32,000 nucleotides of DNA from Coprobacillaceae bacterium (GCA_963675915.1 OY780959.1:60001-92000); one strand, 5' to 3'; positions 1 to 9,229 are shown, counted from the stretch's first letter. Program-made: numbers and translations. The notes: generated by a model not told the origin, from the letters alone.

Positions 1-2001
1 TTTCCCTTCCGGAGCTTTGACCGGGAATTCGATGACTTTGGTAGTGCAGTCTTCCTCGGTTTGACCGACTTCCGGGAAAATCGGATAATTCAATTCTTCG
101 CAGACTTTAACCAGCGGATCGGTCGCACTGATGCGGACCCTGCGGATATAGTAAGGAGAATGCGAGTAATGAACGCCGCTGGAAACCGTAGGAAGTTGGG
201 AAAGGGTTCCTTCCGGTTTGACAGTTGTCACCAGCAGTGGCGCGTTTTCGCTTAGCTGTTCAGCGTATTCTTCAACCGCTTCATGGGCAATCTCGCGCAT
301 TTTTTTGAGGATTTCAGCCTGTTGTTCTCTTGAAAGGTTGGCCTTATTGACAAAATCTTGCCATCCGGTCATTGAACAGCCAACCAATTTATCACGTTGT
401 TGGACAGTGTTCCAGGCCGGAAGCTCCAATTCGGTGCAGGTCATCCGATAACCGGCACGCGCCGACAATCTTTGGGCCTGATACAACCCTTCGTAGTCGA
501 TTTTGCCTTCATCATCGACAAATGAATAGACATTGACAGTAGTCAGGTTGCATAATCCTTTCGAGTCAAGCAGAATTTCTCCACACGGATTAACTCCGTT
601 CATGTTAGGACGGCGTTTGGCCCCGGCAATTTCATTGACCCATCCCGGCTCACCGGAATAACGCATTTGTTCAATTTGCCAATGAAGCTGTTCGCGCGAT
701 GGTTTGTCGCGATAGTAGATCGAGTTGTTTGACATTTGACGGTGAATGATATCTTTGTCGACCAGCCATTGCCCGTCAATCTGTTTGTAAAGGTTGCTTT
801 TGGCTTCAATACACTCCTTGTCATCGGCGTCAACAAGCACGATTTCCGCAGTCCGGCGCACTCCACCGACAACAACATTTTCACCGATGATATTGGCAAT
901 ATCAAGGCAGTCAATCGGCATCAGTTTGACGAGGCTGTAATGATCAAGCACACCCCTTTTTTTGATGACGGTGACAATTTTTTCAAACATCGCTTTGATC
1001 GAGTTGTGACCCGAAGCCGTCCCCCCGAAGGTTGATAGACGCTCCCCTTGAGGTCGGACATTTGAATAGTTGATCACGATTGTCTTGATTTCCCGATATT
1101 CACGGGCATAGAGGATTTTAAAGAAGAAATCCAAAGCCTGAGTCCAACCTTCTTTGGAATCACCGATAATGATCCGAGCAATGTTTTTCTGGTTGAAAAA
1201 CAGTGAAGTTGAATCTTCGCGCTGCTGTTTCTTGATTGGGGTGTAGTCTTCGTGAATCACTTCGAAATCAATCCGTACCTTCGGCAATTTGGCAACGTCG
1301 TCTTTAAGAATCCGAACTCCGACCCCCGAACCGATCATCAACAGATAAAAAAGATCTTTGAAGGCTTCGAAATTGTCGATTACTTCAAAGGCGCAGTTGT
1401 AATTGGCCATCGGATAGTAACGGGAAACATCGGTTCCACCAACCCAGAAAGTCCGACCGCTTAAAAATTGGCGCAGGTTGAAGATGTTTTCAAACAGCTG
1501 CTGGGCTTCCTTGCGGGTGGTTGGGACTAAAGAACAGTTGTATTCGACTGCCCGGGCCACGGTTTCCCACCAGTATTCGCGGCGGCTCTCTTCATCAAGC
1601 CAACGGGAATAGGTCCGGTAATATACAAAGTTTCCCAGTTGCTGCAGCGGTGACTGGATATGTTTGTACTTGGAAATGAATTCATCGCTTAAAAGTAAAT
1701 TGGAATTGTCGCGGGAACGTTTCTCCCGGGATTTGTCGCGCTCGTACCGGTAAATCATGTAAACTTTGGCGACATCCTTGCGTGATGATGACATCAACTG
1801 CTGCTCGACGATATCCTGGATGATATCCACACTAAAAGGTGAATAATAATCCTGAAGGATGGCTTCGACCTCATTGGTGATGTCGGCTGCCAACAATTCG
1901 TCGATCCCTTTTACAGTTTCTCCCATCGCGTTAATAATGGCGTTGTAAATTTTTTCCTTATGAAAAGGTGTGATAGTATTATTTCTTTTAATAACGTCCA
2001 T
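1..2001 (-). CDS. nrdJ: Adenosylcobalamin-dependent (class II) ribonucleotide reductase with N-terminal ATP-cone; 3' end lies beyond the window
   Basis: It is absent from the ORF track because it is open to the window edge. My reverse-strand translation from ATG 2001-1999 (SD GGAGGA at 2013-2008) is uninterrupted for 667 codons. It reads MDVIKRNNTITPFHKEKIYNAI (ATP-cone), then FGGTASGH, NPCGEILL and TVKPEGTLSQL, which are class II RNR hallmarks. Confidence 0.85.
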   Translation of the reverse strand, partial: MDVIKRNNTITPFHKEKIYNAIINAMGETVKGIDELLAADITNEVEAILQDYYSPFSVDIIQDIVEQQLMSSSRKDVAKVYMIYRYERDKSREKRSRDNSNLLLSDEFISKYKHIQSPLQQLGNFVYYRTYSRWLDEESRREYWWETVARAVEYNCSLVPTTRKEAQQLFENIFNLRQFLSGRTFWVGGTDVSRYYPMANYNCAFEVIDNFEAFKDLFYLLMIGSGVGVRILKDDVAKLPKVRIDFEVIHEDYTPIKKQQREDSTSLFFNQKNIARIIIGDSKEGWTQALDFFFKILYAREYREIKTIVINYSNVRPQGERLSTFGGTASGHNSIKAMFEKIVTVIKKRGVLDHYSLVKLMPIDCLDIANIIGENVVVGGVRRTAEIVLVDADDKECIEAKSNLYKQIDGQWLVDKDIIHRQMSNNSIYYRDKPSREQLHWQIEQMRYSGEPGWVNEIAGAKRRPNMNGVNPCGEILLDSKGLCNLTTVNVYSFVDDEGKIDYEGLYQAQRLSARAGYRMTCTELELPAWNTVQQRDKLVGCSMTGWQDFVNKANLSREQQAEILKKMREIAHEAVEEYAEQLSENAPLLVTTVKPEGTLSQLPTVSSGVHYSHSPYYIRRVRISATDPLVKVCEELNYPIFPEVGQTEEDCTTKVIEFPVKAPEGK

Positions 2002-2028
2002 AATTTTTCCTCCGAATCTTATAACCCA

Positions 2029-2057
2029 ATTGTAAACAATATCAAAATCAAAATCAA
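2029..2057 (-). promoter_or_regulatory. Candidate sigma-A promoter for the RNR gene (TTGATT-N17-TACAAT on the minus strand)
   Basis: The reverse complement of 2052-2057 is TTGATT and of 2029-2034 is TACAAT, with a 17-nt spacer, about 25 nt upstream of the start codon. Confidence 0.4.
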
Positions 2058-2148
2058 CGAATGTGGCTGATTGCTCTGCTGAAATTCAACCGGTATTCAT
2101 CCTGGGAAAAATCCCCTTTTAGTCGATTTTTTTCGTATTTTCAATTAT

Positions 2149-2175
2149 TTAGCACTACAGTGTTGACAGTGCTAA
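2149..2175 (+). promoter_or_regulatory. CIRCE operator 1 (HrcA site), overlapping the clpB -35
   Basis: TTAGCACTA-N9-CAGTGCTAA against the consensus TTAGCACTC-N9-GAGTGCTAA. Confidence 0.8.
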
Positions 2176-2190
2176 ATATAGTGCTATAAT
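2163..2190 (+). promoter_or_regulatory. clpB sigma-A promoter
   Basis: TTGACA at 2163-2168, a 16-nt spacer, and TGcTATAAT (extended -10) ending at 2190. Confidence 0.7.
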
Positions 2191-2194
2191 ATGT

Positions 2195-2221
2195 TTAGCA
2201 CTAGAATGCGATGAGTGCTAG
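2195..2221 (+). promoter_or_regulatory. CIRCE operator 2 (HrcA site), just downstream of the -10
   Basis: TTAGCACTA-N9-GAGTGCTAG, which has one mismatch per arm to the consensus. Confidence 0.8.
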
Positions 2222-2237
2222 CGAAAGGAGTGACGCT

Positions 2238-4799
2238 ATGAATAACGAAACAATGACTGAAAAAATGCAACAGGGGTTGTATAACGCCAGTCAGCTTGCA
2301 TTGAATAATAATAATCCGACTATTGATGTGGCCCACGTGGCAGTTAGTCTGTTGAATGATGGTCAAGGAACATTCAAGCGGGTACTGCAAAAACTGAATA
2401 TCGATACCAATGCGATTTTGATTGATTTTGAAAACAATCTCAAGACCAAAGCCAGTGTCGATAATGTCGATGTCAATAGCATGCGATTATCTTATGATTT
2501 GAATCAGGTGATCACCAGTGCCAACAAATACATGACATCTTATAAGGATAGCTACTTGAGTGTTGAGCATTTTGTGATGGCCTTGTTTGACTGTCAGAAT
2601 TCTGAAATCAAAAATATATTAGGTAAATACAATCTGCAAAAGAGCGAGGTGGAACGTGTAATTATGGAAATGCGTGATGGAAAAACCGTTGACAATCCCA
2701 ATCCGGAAAACAGTTACGAAGTACTCGACAAATACGGACGTGATCTGATCAAGGATGTCAGAGACGGTAAGATTGATCCGATAATCGGTAGGGACGAGGA
2801 AATTAGAAGAGTGATCCAGATCCTGTCGCGGAAAACGAAAAACAATCCGATTCTAATCGGAGAACCCGGAGTTGGGAAGACAGCAATTGTCGAAGGGTTG
2901 GCATGGCGGATCTTCAAGAACGATGTTCCGGCAACCCTTAAAAACAAGATAATTTATGAATTGGATCTGGGTTCCTTGGTGGCCGGGGCCAAATACCGTG
3001 GTGAATTCGAGGAACGGTTAAAAGCAATTCTGCAGGAAATCAAGAAATCCGATGGTCAGATCATCATGTTCATCGATGAGATCCATCAGCTGGTTGGGGC
3101 CGGTAAAACCGATGGAGCCATGGATGCGGCCAATCTGTTGAAGCCGATGCTGGCTCGTGGTGAACTTCACTGTATCGGGGCAACTACTTTGGATGAATAC
3201 CGCAAATATATCGAAAAAGATGCGGCTTTGGAACGTCGTTTCCAAAAAGTTCAGGTTGATGAACCGACTGTCGACGACACCATCGCGATCATTCGGGGGC
3301 TTAAAGATTCATTCGAATCCCATCATGGGGTTAAAATATCCGACAGTGCCATCATCGGAGCGACCAACATGTCGATTCGGTATATCACTGACCGTTTTCT
3401 TCCCGATAAGGCAATCGATTTGATTGATGAATCATGTTCATTGATCAGGATGGAAATCGACTCGATGCCAATCGAACTCGATGCAATCACCCGTGAAGTC
3501 AACCGTTTGAAAATGGAAGAAATCTCGATTGGAAAAGATACCGATGAAGCGTCACTGGAACGAAAAGAACAGATTTCCAGCAAAATCGCTTCGCTTGAAG
3601 AACAGCGTCGGGTTCTTGAGGACCGCTGGAAATCCGAAAAGGAAAGTATCGACCGACTCAAAGAACTAAAAGAACAGCGGGTTCGTTATGAAGCTTTGGA
3701 AGAAAAATATCAAAGCGACGGCGATCTGGCTGAAGCTGCCAAAATCAAGTATGAAACCCTTCCGGCAATCACTAATGAAATTAAGGAACTTGAAAACAAA
3801 GAGAAGGAAGATAATCTCCTTCAGGAAGTTGTCGATGTGGATACCGTATCCCAAGTCATTTCCCGCTGGACCGGAATTCCGGTAAGCAAACTGATGGAAT
3901 CGGAACGGGAAAAACTGTTGTCGCTTGACAAAGCGCTGGAACAGCGGGTAATCGGTCAGGATGAAGCAATCCACAAAGTCAGTGATGCGATCTTGCGTTC
4001 AAGAGCCGGAATCAATGACGAGAACCGACCAATCGGATCGTTCCTGTTCTTGGGACCTACCGGGGTTGGTAAAACTGAAGTTGCCAAAGCGTTGGCGGAA
4101 CAGCTTTTTGACAGCGAACGGAATATAGTTCGGATTGACATGAGCGAATATATGGAAAAATTTGCAGTCAGCCGTTTGGTTGGAGCGCCACCAGGTTATG
4201 TGGGGTATGAAGAGGGAGGTCAGCTGACCGAAGCGGTCCGTCGTCATCCTTATAGTATCGTCCTGCTTGATGAAATTGAGAAAGCTCATCATGATGTCTT
4301 CAACATTCTGTTGCAGATCCTTGATGACGGAAGAATCACTGACTCCAAAGGGGTGACTGTGTCCTTCAAGAATACAATCATCATCATGACATCCAATATC
4401 GGTAGCCAGTACCTGCTTCAGGGTAATGACGAAAACACCCGCGAACTGGTAACTAATGAATTGAAAAACTATTTCAAACCGGAAATGCTTAACCGGATCG
4501 ATGATGTCGTTCTGTTCAATTCGCTTGATGAATCAGTGATTGATGCGATTATTGATAAATTTATCGCCCAGCTGCAAAAACGGTTGGAAGAAAAACATAT
4601 TCAAATCAAAATTACCAAAGCTGCCAAGGATGAAATTCGGGCTGAAGGGTATGATGTCACTTATGGGGCTCGTCCAATCAAACGTTTCATCCAGAGCAAT
4701 ATCGAAACCTTGCTTGCCCGGGAAATAATTTCCGGTACGGTTGTACCTAACAGCGAAGTAAGTGTTGACTATTCCAACGGTAAGTTTATAATAGAATAA
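2238..4799 (+). CDS. clpB: ATP-dependent chaperone/disaggregase ClpB
   Basis: Two AAA+ modules are present (GEPGVGKT, GPTGVGKT), along with a long coiled-coil middle domain and the motif GARPIKR. I prefer ATG 2238 (AAAGGAG SD 7 nt upstream) over the track start at 2211, which lies inside CIRCE-2. Confidence 0.93.
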   Translation: MNNETMTEKMQQGLYNASQLALNNNNPTIDVAHVAVSLLNDGQGTFKRVLQKLNIDTNAILIDFENNLKTKASVDNVDVNSMRLSYDLNQVITSANKYMTSYKDSYLSVEHFVMALFDCQNSEIKNILGKYNLQKSEVERVIMEMRDGKTVDNPNPENSYEVLDKYGRDLIKDVRDGKIDPIIGRDEEIRRVIQILSRKTKNNPILIGEPGVGKTAIVEGLAWRIFKNDVPATLKNKIIYELDLGSLVAGAKYRGEFEERLKAILQEIKKSDGQIIMFIDEIHQLVGAGKTDGAMDAANLLKPMLARGELHCIGATTLDEYRKYIEKDAALERRFQKVQVDEPTVDDTIAIIRGLKDSFESHHGVKISDSAIIGATNMSIRYITDRFLPDKAIDLIDESCSLIRMEIDSMPIELDAITREVNRLKMEEISIGKDTDEASLERKEQISSKIASLEEQRRVLEDRWKSEKESIDRLKELKEQRVRYEALEEKYQSDGDLAEAAKIKYETLPAITNEIKELENKEKEDNLLQEVVDVDTVSQVISRWTGIPVSKLMESEREKLLSLDKALEQRVIGQDEAIHKVSDAILRSRAGINDENRPIGSFLFLGPTGVGKTEVAKALAEQLFDSERNIVRIDMSEYMEKFAVSRLVGAPPGYVGYEEGGQLTEAVRRHPYSIVLLDEIEKAHHDVFNILLQILDDGRITDSKGVTVSFKNTIIIMTSNIGSQYLLQGNDENTRELVTNELKNYFKPEMLNRIDDVVLFNSLDESVIDAIIDKFIAQLQKRLEEKHIQIKITKAAKDEIRAEGYDVTYGARPIKRFIQSNIETLLAREIISGTVVPNSEVSVDYSNGKFIIE

Positions 4800-4805
4800 G
4801 CCTGA

Positions 4806-4839
4806 AAGTTCAATCCGATTTTGGGATTGAACTTTTTTT
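4806..4839 (+). terminator. Intrinsic terminator of clpB
   Basis: An 11-bp stem AAGTTCAATCC/GGATTGAACTT is followed by a T7 tract. Confidence 0.8.
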
Positions 4840-4881
4840 GAATACATAAAAGTGATATTATATAAGGTAGAGGTGAACAGG

Positions 4882-5622
4882 ATGCAACGTTATTTTATCA
4901 AGGGAAAAACAGAATTGAATCAGCGAATCTCGTTGGAAGATGATGACTATTTCCATCTTCGCAAAGTGATGCGAAAAAGCAACGGGGACCAGGTTGTTGT
5001 CATTGACGAAACTGGAACCAACTATTTAGCCAGCGTGGTCGATATCAACGGCAATTTGCTTGAGGTCGAAAGTATCAGGGAAAATGACAGTGAACTCGAT
5101 GTCGATGTGACCCTGATTTACGCCTTGTCAAAAGGGGAGAAATTCGATATGGTCCTCCAGAAGGCAACGGAACTTGGAGTCAAGCGGATTGTCCCGCTGA
5201 TGAGTTCCCGCTGTGTGGTCCGACTGACGCCGGAAAAGTTCGTTAAGAAAAGAGCCCGTTATGAAAAAATCCTCAAAGAAGCCAGCGAACAGTCGCGCCG
5301 CAATTTCATCCCGGTTCTGGATGAGCTGATCACAGTTGAAGGAGTAGGGGATTATCAAGGTGATTTCAATCTGGTAGCCTATGAGCAGACTGCTAAAGAC
5401 AAGGAACACGGAGGCTTGAAAACAGTCCTGGAAAACCTTCAACCCGGTCAGTCGGTCAATGTGATCGTTGGTTCCGAGGGTGGTTTTTCTCAGGAAGAAG
5501 TCGACCGCTTCAACAGTTTCGGTTATGTCAATGTTTCGCTTGGGAAAAGGATCTTAAGATCGGAAACCGCACCGCTGTATCTTCTTAGCGCAATCGGACT
5601 ATACCGTGAGGTTATGCGATGA
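4882..5622 (+). CDS. rsmE: 16S rRNA (uracil1498-N3)-methyltransferase RsmE
   Basis: The N-terminus MQRYFI and the C-terminal SPOUT motifs VGSEGGFS and LGKRILRSETA fit RsmE. The start is ATG 4882 with a GAGGTGA SD. Its position upstream of mtaB matches B. subtilis yqeU-yqeV. Confidence 0.85.
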   Translation: MQRYFIKGKTELNQRISLEDDDYFHLRKVMRKSNGDQVVVIDETGTNYLASVVDINGNLLEVESIRENDSELDVDVTLIYALSKGEKFDMVLQKATELGVKRIVPLMSSRCVVRLTPEKFVKKRARYEKILKEASEQSRRNFIPVLDELITVEGVGDYQGDFNLVAYEQTAKDKEHGGLKTVLENLQPGQSVNVIVGSEGGFSQEEVDRFNSFGYVNVSLGKRILRSETAPLYLLSAIGLYREVMR

Positions 5623-6371
5623 TTATCGATTATCTAAGCAAATACAGTCGCAGTTTCGATTACAAGAAGACGGAACTTTTCCGTGAATATCGTAAAAATT
5701 CCAACCGCCTCAAGGAAAAAAGTTATGATTTGAAAATCAAAAGCAGTTTTGACCTGTACAAATATCAAATAATTATGCGCACCCTTGAAAACGAGACTGA
5801 CATCATCACTCGGATGAAATCGGTGATTGTCGAGAATGACGATTTGATCAAATATCTAAACTATCAGGAACGCCGCAACCTTTATCGGGTGGAAATGAGC
5901 GCCATAGTTGCAAAGATGCGTCATTTGCAGTATGATTCACCTATCTACTTGCCTTGTTTCGACCGGTTGGTCAATGGCCATTTTCTAAATGACTATGAGA
6001 CTTTGAGTCTGAAAAAATATCAGGAAATCCTCAATTCTGACAATCGCAGCTTTGCGGACATGTTCGCTTGCTATGGCTATGACCTTTATAGCAGTGAGTT
6101 TTGCGATTTGAAGACGCTTGATTCAAATAATGAACTGGTCATCTATTATTCAAAAGATTTTGAAGTGATGTATATCATCGATAAAAACGATAATGACGTT
6201 ATCGAACTGGTTTTGAAAGACAAGTGGTTCAAAGGGGACTACCCAATTGAAAATATACGTGAGCTGGGCAATTTGATTGTCAATGACCGCGATGAAGTAT
6301 ATTCTTATTTGCTTGCCCAAAATATGGTAAGCGCCAAATTCGTTAAAAAGATGGAGAAAAAATTACCGTAA
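5619..6371 (+). CDS. Hypothetical protein (250 aa, Y/N/D/K-rich, no domain recognised)
   Basis: The ORF shares an ATGA overlap with the rsmE stop and a TAATG overlap with the mtaB start, so it is translationally coupled inside the operon. Confidence 0.6.
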   Translation: MIIDYLSKYSRSFDYKKTELFREYRKNSNRLKEKSYDLKIKSSFDLYKYQIIMRTLENETDIITRMKSVIVENDDLIKYLNYQERRNLYRVEMSAIVAKMRHLQYDSPIYLPCFDRLVNGHFLNDYETLSLKKYQEILNSDNRSFADMFACYGYDLYSSEFCDLKTLDSNNELVIYYSKDFEVMYIIDKNDNDVIELVLKDKWFKGDYPIENIRELGNLIVNDRDEVYSYLLAQNMVSAKFVKKMEKKLP

Positions 6372-7660
6372 TGAAAAAAGTAGCAATTCACACCCTAGGA
6401 TGCAAAGTAAATAGCTATGAGTCGGAAGCGATGCTCGAGCTTTTCAAAAAAGCCGGATATCAGGAAGTCGATTTCAAGGATGTTGCCGACGTCTATGTCA
6501 TCAATACTTGTACTGTGACCAATACCGGTGACCGCAAGTCGCGTCAGGTCATCCGCCAGGCAATCAAGAGAAACAGCGCTGCGACCGCCTGTGTCGTGGG
6601 ATGTTATTCTCAAGTGGCGAGTGATGAAGTTCTTAAAATAGCCGGAGTCGGAGTAGTGATCGGAACTCGTTATAAAAACATGATTGTCGATTTTGTCGAT
6701 GAGTATCAAAAAACCAATGTTCCGGTAGTCCGGGTCGACGACGTTTTGCGCCTTAGTGAATTCGAAGATCTGCGGATTGAAACTTTCAAGAATACCCGTG
6801 CCTTTTTGAAAATCCAGGATGGCTGCAATAATTTTTGTACCTATTGCATCATTCCCTATAGTCGGGGGAAATTGCGTTCCCGCGATATGGCTGACATAAT
6901 TGCCCAAGTCCGGGAACTGGTGGATAAAGGTTTTGTGGAAATCGTGCTGACGGGAATTCATACTGCCGGATACGGTGAGGACCTCGAAAACTGCACATTC
7001 TACGATTTGCTTGTGGAACTTGTCAAAATCGAAGGACTCAAAAGATTGCGGATTTCTTCAATCGAGACCAGCCAGATATCCGATGAAATAATCAACCTGA
7101 TTGGAAGCAATAAAATAATTGTCGATCATCTTCATGTTCCGATTCAAGCGGGAAGCAATGAGATTCTCTCTAAAATGCGCCGTAAGTACAATTTGGACCA
7201 ATTTGAAGAAAAGATTGCCAAAATTCGTGAAGTCCTGCCAAATATCGCCCTGTCGACCGATATCATTGTCGGTTTTCCCGGCGAGACTGATGAAATGTTC
7301 GAAGAATCGGTAGCGACCCTGGAAAGAATCCGATTCATGCAGCTCCACGTATTCCCATATTCGCCAAGAAAAAACACCCCCGCTGCCAGAATGAAAGACC
7401 AGGTGGACAATCAGGTGAAAAAAGAACGGGTTGCGAAGTTGGTTGAATTATCAAAAAAATTGACAGAGCAATATGCCCGTGCCAATATGGATATCATCCA
7501 GGAAGTTCTCTTTGAAAAGCGTGACGGCGACTATTTGGTCGGTCACAGTTCCAACTATTTGAATATCAAAGTTGCGACCGATCGTGATTTTGTCGGTCAG
7601 ATCATCCCTGTCAAAATCACTGATATTACAGGTGATGAATTTATAGGGGAGATCCAGTAA
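6371..7660 (+). CDS. mtaB: Radical-SAM methylthiotransferase, MtaB (YqeV)-like
   Basis: The N-terminal UPF0004 cysteines (HTLGCKVN, NTCTVT), the radical SAM motif CNNFCTYCIIP, a C-terminal TRAM-like region and the rsmE neighbourhood all fit MtaB. Confidence 0.85.
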   Translation: MKKVAIHTLGCKVNSYESEAMLELFKKAGYQEVDFKDVADVYVINTCTVTNTGDRKSRQVIRQAIKRNSAATACVVGCYSQVASDEVLKIAGVGVVIGTRYKNMIVDFVDEYQKTNVPVVRVDDVLRLSEFEDLRIETFKNTRAFLKIQDGCNNFCTYCIIPYSRGKLRSRDMADIIAQVRELVDKGFVEIVLTGIHTAGYGEDLENCTFYDLLVELVKIEGLKRLRISSIETSQISDEIINLIGSNKIIVDHLHVPIQAGSNEILSKMRRKYNLDQFEEKIAKIREVLPNIALSTDIIVGFPGETDEMFEESVATLERIRFMQLHVFPYSPRKNTPAARMKDQVDNQVKKERVAKLVELSKKLTEQYARANMDIIQEVLFEKRDGDYLVGHSSNYLNIKVATDRDFVGQIIPVKITDITGDEFIGEIQ

Positions 7661-9147
7661 TGAAGAAATTAAATGAACTGTTCGATTGTGAATACGAGGA
7701 TAAAATTTATTCAATCCATTCCGATTCCCGTTACGTCAGAAGAAACTCGCTGTTCTTCTGTATCGAGGGGTTGACTGTGGATGGGCACCAGTATATCAGC
7801 GACGCTCTGTTCCAAGGTGCAATCGCAATAGTTCATTCAAAAAAACTTTCTTATTACCGTCCGGGAATCCGTTATTTCAAAGTTGATGACGTCAAAGCGG
7901 AACTCAATCGGGTGGCGAACATATTTTTCGACTATCCTTCTTCAAAAATGAAAACCATTGGAGTGACCGGATCGGGAGGTAAGACAATTTTGTCGACCTT
8001 GATCAACAACGCTCTAAAAACCAAATACAATACCGGGTATATCGGTTCTCAGGTGGTCGAGTATGACGGGATGAGTTTCCGTCCTCCGGTTCGAACCCCG
8101 GAAGTCGTTTATCTCCATCAGCATCTTTCCCGGATGGTTTCGCGTGGTGTCGACATCGCCACTCTGGAAATTTCCAGTGCTGGTTTGTCATTGCACCGGT
8201 TTACGGATATCCAATTCGATATAGTCGCTTTGACGTCGATATCACCCCGACACCTTGAACTCCATGGGACCTTCGAAGAATATCTTGAAGCGAAATTATC
8301 GCTGTTTTCCCAGGTGGATGAAAATTCTTTTGCGATTTTGAATCAGGACGATGATCATTTCGAGGAGTTCAAAAATGCTACCAAAGCCAAGGTGATCAGC
8401 TATTCGCTGACCGACAAAAGCGATATTTATGCCCGTAATTTGAACCTGTCATTAAAAAGGAACAAATTCGATTTGATTGTTGATGATCAGGCGATTGCGA
8501 TTGACACCAAATTGAGCGGCAAATACAATCTTTACCATGTTCTGGCATTGGCCGCGGTTTTGAAAGCTTGCCAAATTGAAGCTGCGGACATGGGTGATAT
8601 CATCAATTCGCTCGATATCGTTCCCGGCCGCTATGAAGTGCTGGAGACCGCTGAGAAATTCGATGTAATCATCGATTACTGCCAGGAACTTGATGATTAT
8701 GAGAAAATCTTCACTTTCGCGAAAAGGTATGTCAAGGATTCAGGTCGGATTATCGGCGTGTTTGGGACCTCGAGTTACCGGGGGCATGGATTCAGGGATA
8801 AACTGGGCCGAATTGCCAACCGTTATCTCGATCATGTCATTTTGACCAACCAGGATGATCGGCTGGAAGTCAGTGATATCGAGGAAATCTGCGGTGATGT
8901 CCAGGCCAATTTGAAAAAACCGTCTTCAATCGTCATCTCCCAAAGACAAATCGCTATTCAGCAGGCAATTGAGATCTCAAGTCCCAACGATATCATTTTG
9001 ATTTTGGGCAAAGGTGATGACAAATATATGGGACTGAGTGTCGGAACTAATTTTTATCCCGGCGATCGCGCAGTTGTGATGGAAGCAATTGAAAATGTCT
9101 ACCATCGTCCGTATCAAGTCGAGGAAGATGATTATTACTGTGAATAA
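7660..9147 (+). CDS. murE: Mur ligase family protein, MurE-like (UDP-MurNAc-L-Ala-D-Glu : amino acid ligase)
   Basis: The N-terminus is MurE-like (DSRYVRRNSLFFCIEGLTVDGHQYI) and the P-loop is GVTGSGGKT. The length of 495 aa fits, and the start overlaps the mtaB stop as TAATG. Confidence 0.75.
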   Translation: MKKLNELFDCEYEDKIYSIHSDSRYVRRNSLFFCIEGLTVDGHQYISDALFQGAIAIVHSKKLSYYRPGIRYFKVDDVKAELNRVANIFFDYPSSKMKTIGVTGSGGKTILSTLINNALKTKYNTGYIGSQVVEYDGMSFRPPVRTPEVVYLHQHLSRMVSRGVDIATLEISSAGLSLHRFTDIQFDIVALTSISPRHLELHGTFEEYLEAKLSLFSQVDENSFAILNQDDDHFEEFKNATKAKVISYSLTDKSDIYARNLNLSLKRNKFDLIVDDQAIAIDTKLSGKYNLYHVLALAAVLKACQIEAADMGDIINSLDIVPGRYEVLETAEKFDVIIDYCQELDDYEKIFTFAKRYVKDSGRIIGVFGTSSYRGHGFRDKLGRIANRYLDHVILTNQDDRLEVSDIEEICGDVQANLKKPSSIVISQRQIAIQQAIEISSPNDIILILGKGDDKYMGLSVGTNFYPGDRAVVMEAIENVYHRPYQVEEDDYYCE

Positions 9148-9151
9148 TAAA

Positions 9152-9215
9152 AAAAGAAGAATTCTGATAGCTGTTAAAGCGCCCTAGTGCCTTAACGACT
9201 GTGAATTCTTCTTTT
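9152..9215. terminator. Long bidirectional hairpin between convergent murE and the PRD gene
   Basis: AAAAGAAGAATTC at 9152-9164 pairs with GAATTCTTCTTTT at 9203-9215, with A and T runs on either side. Confidence 0.6.
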
Positions 9216-9229
9216 TATTATTGATGATG

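Noticed and set aside
61-1464. Plus-strand ORFs of 64-99 aa (61-255, 218-451, 736-1035, 1252-1464) and the minus-strand ORF at 600-914.
   Set aside because: They lie antisense to, or out of frame within, the uninterrupted 667-codon class II RNR reading frame on the minus strand. They have no SD and their composition looks random.
2002-2148. Searched the RNR upstream region for a cobalamin riboswitch or NrdR boxes.
   Set aside because: The leader is only about 25 nt after a plausible promoter. I saw no B12-box-like element or paired 16-bp NrdR palindromes, only ATCAAA-type short repeats.
2211-2237. Track start codons upstream of the starts I chose. These are clpB 2211, rsmE 4852, oppC 22952, the NifX-like gene 26372, the MinD-like gene 27210, thiT 30602 and IEP1 13595.
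   Set aside because: These are simply the longest ORFs, several with TTG/GTG or SD-less ATG starts that overlap operators or upstream genes. Internal ATGs with well-spaced GGAGG-type SDs are more plausible.
6395-6961. A 188-aa minus-strand ORF inside mtaB, and similar antisense ORFs at 3323-3661, 14041-14523, 17379-18047 and 24086-24580.
   Set aside because: They are antisense shadows of well-supported genes. They have no SD and no recognisable motifs.
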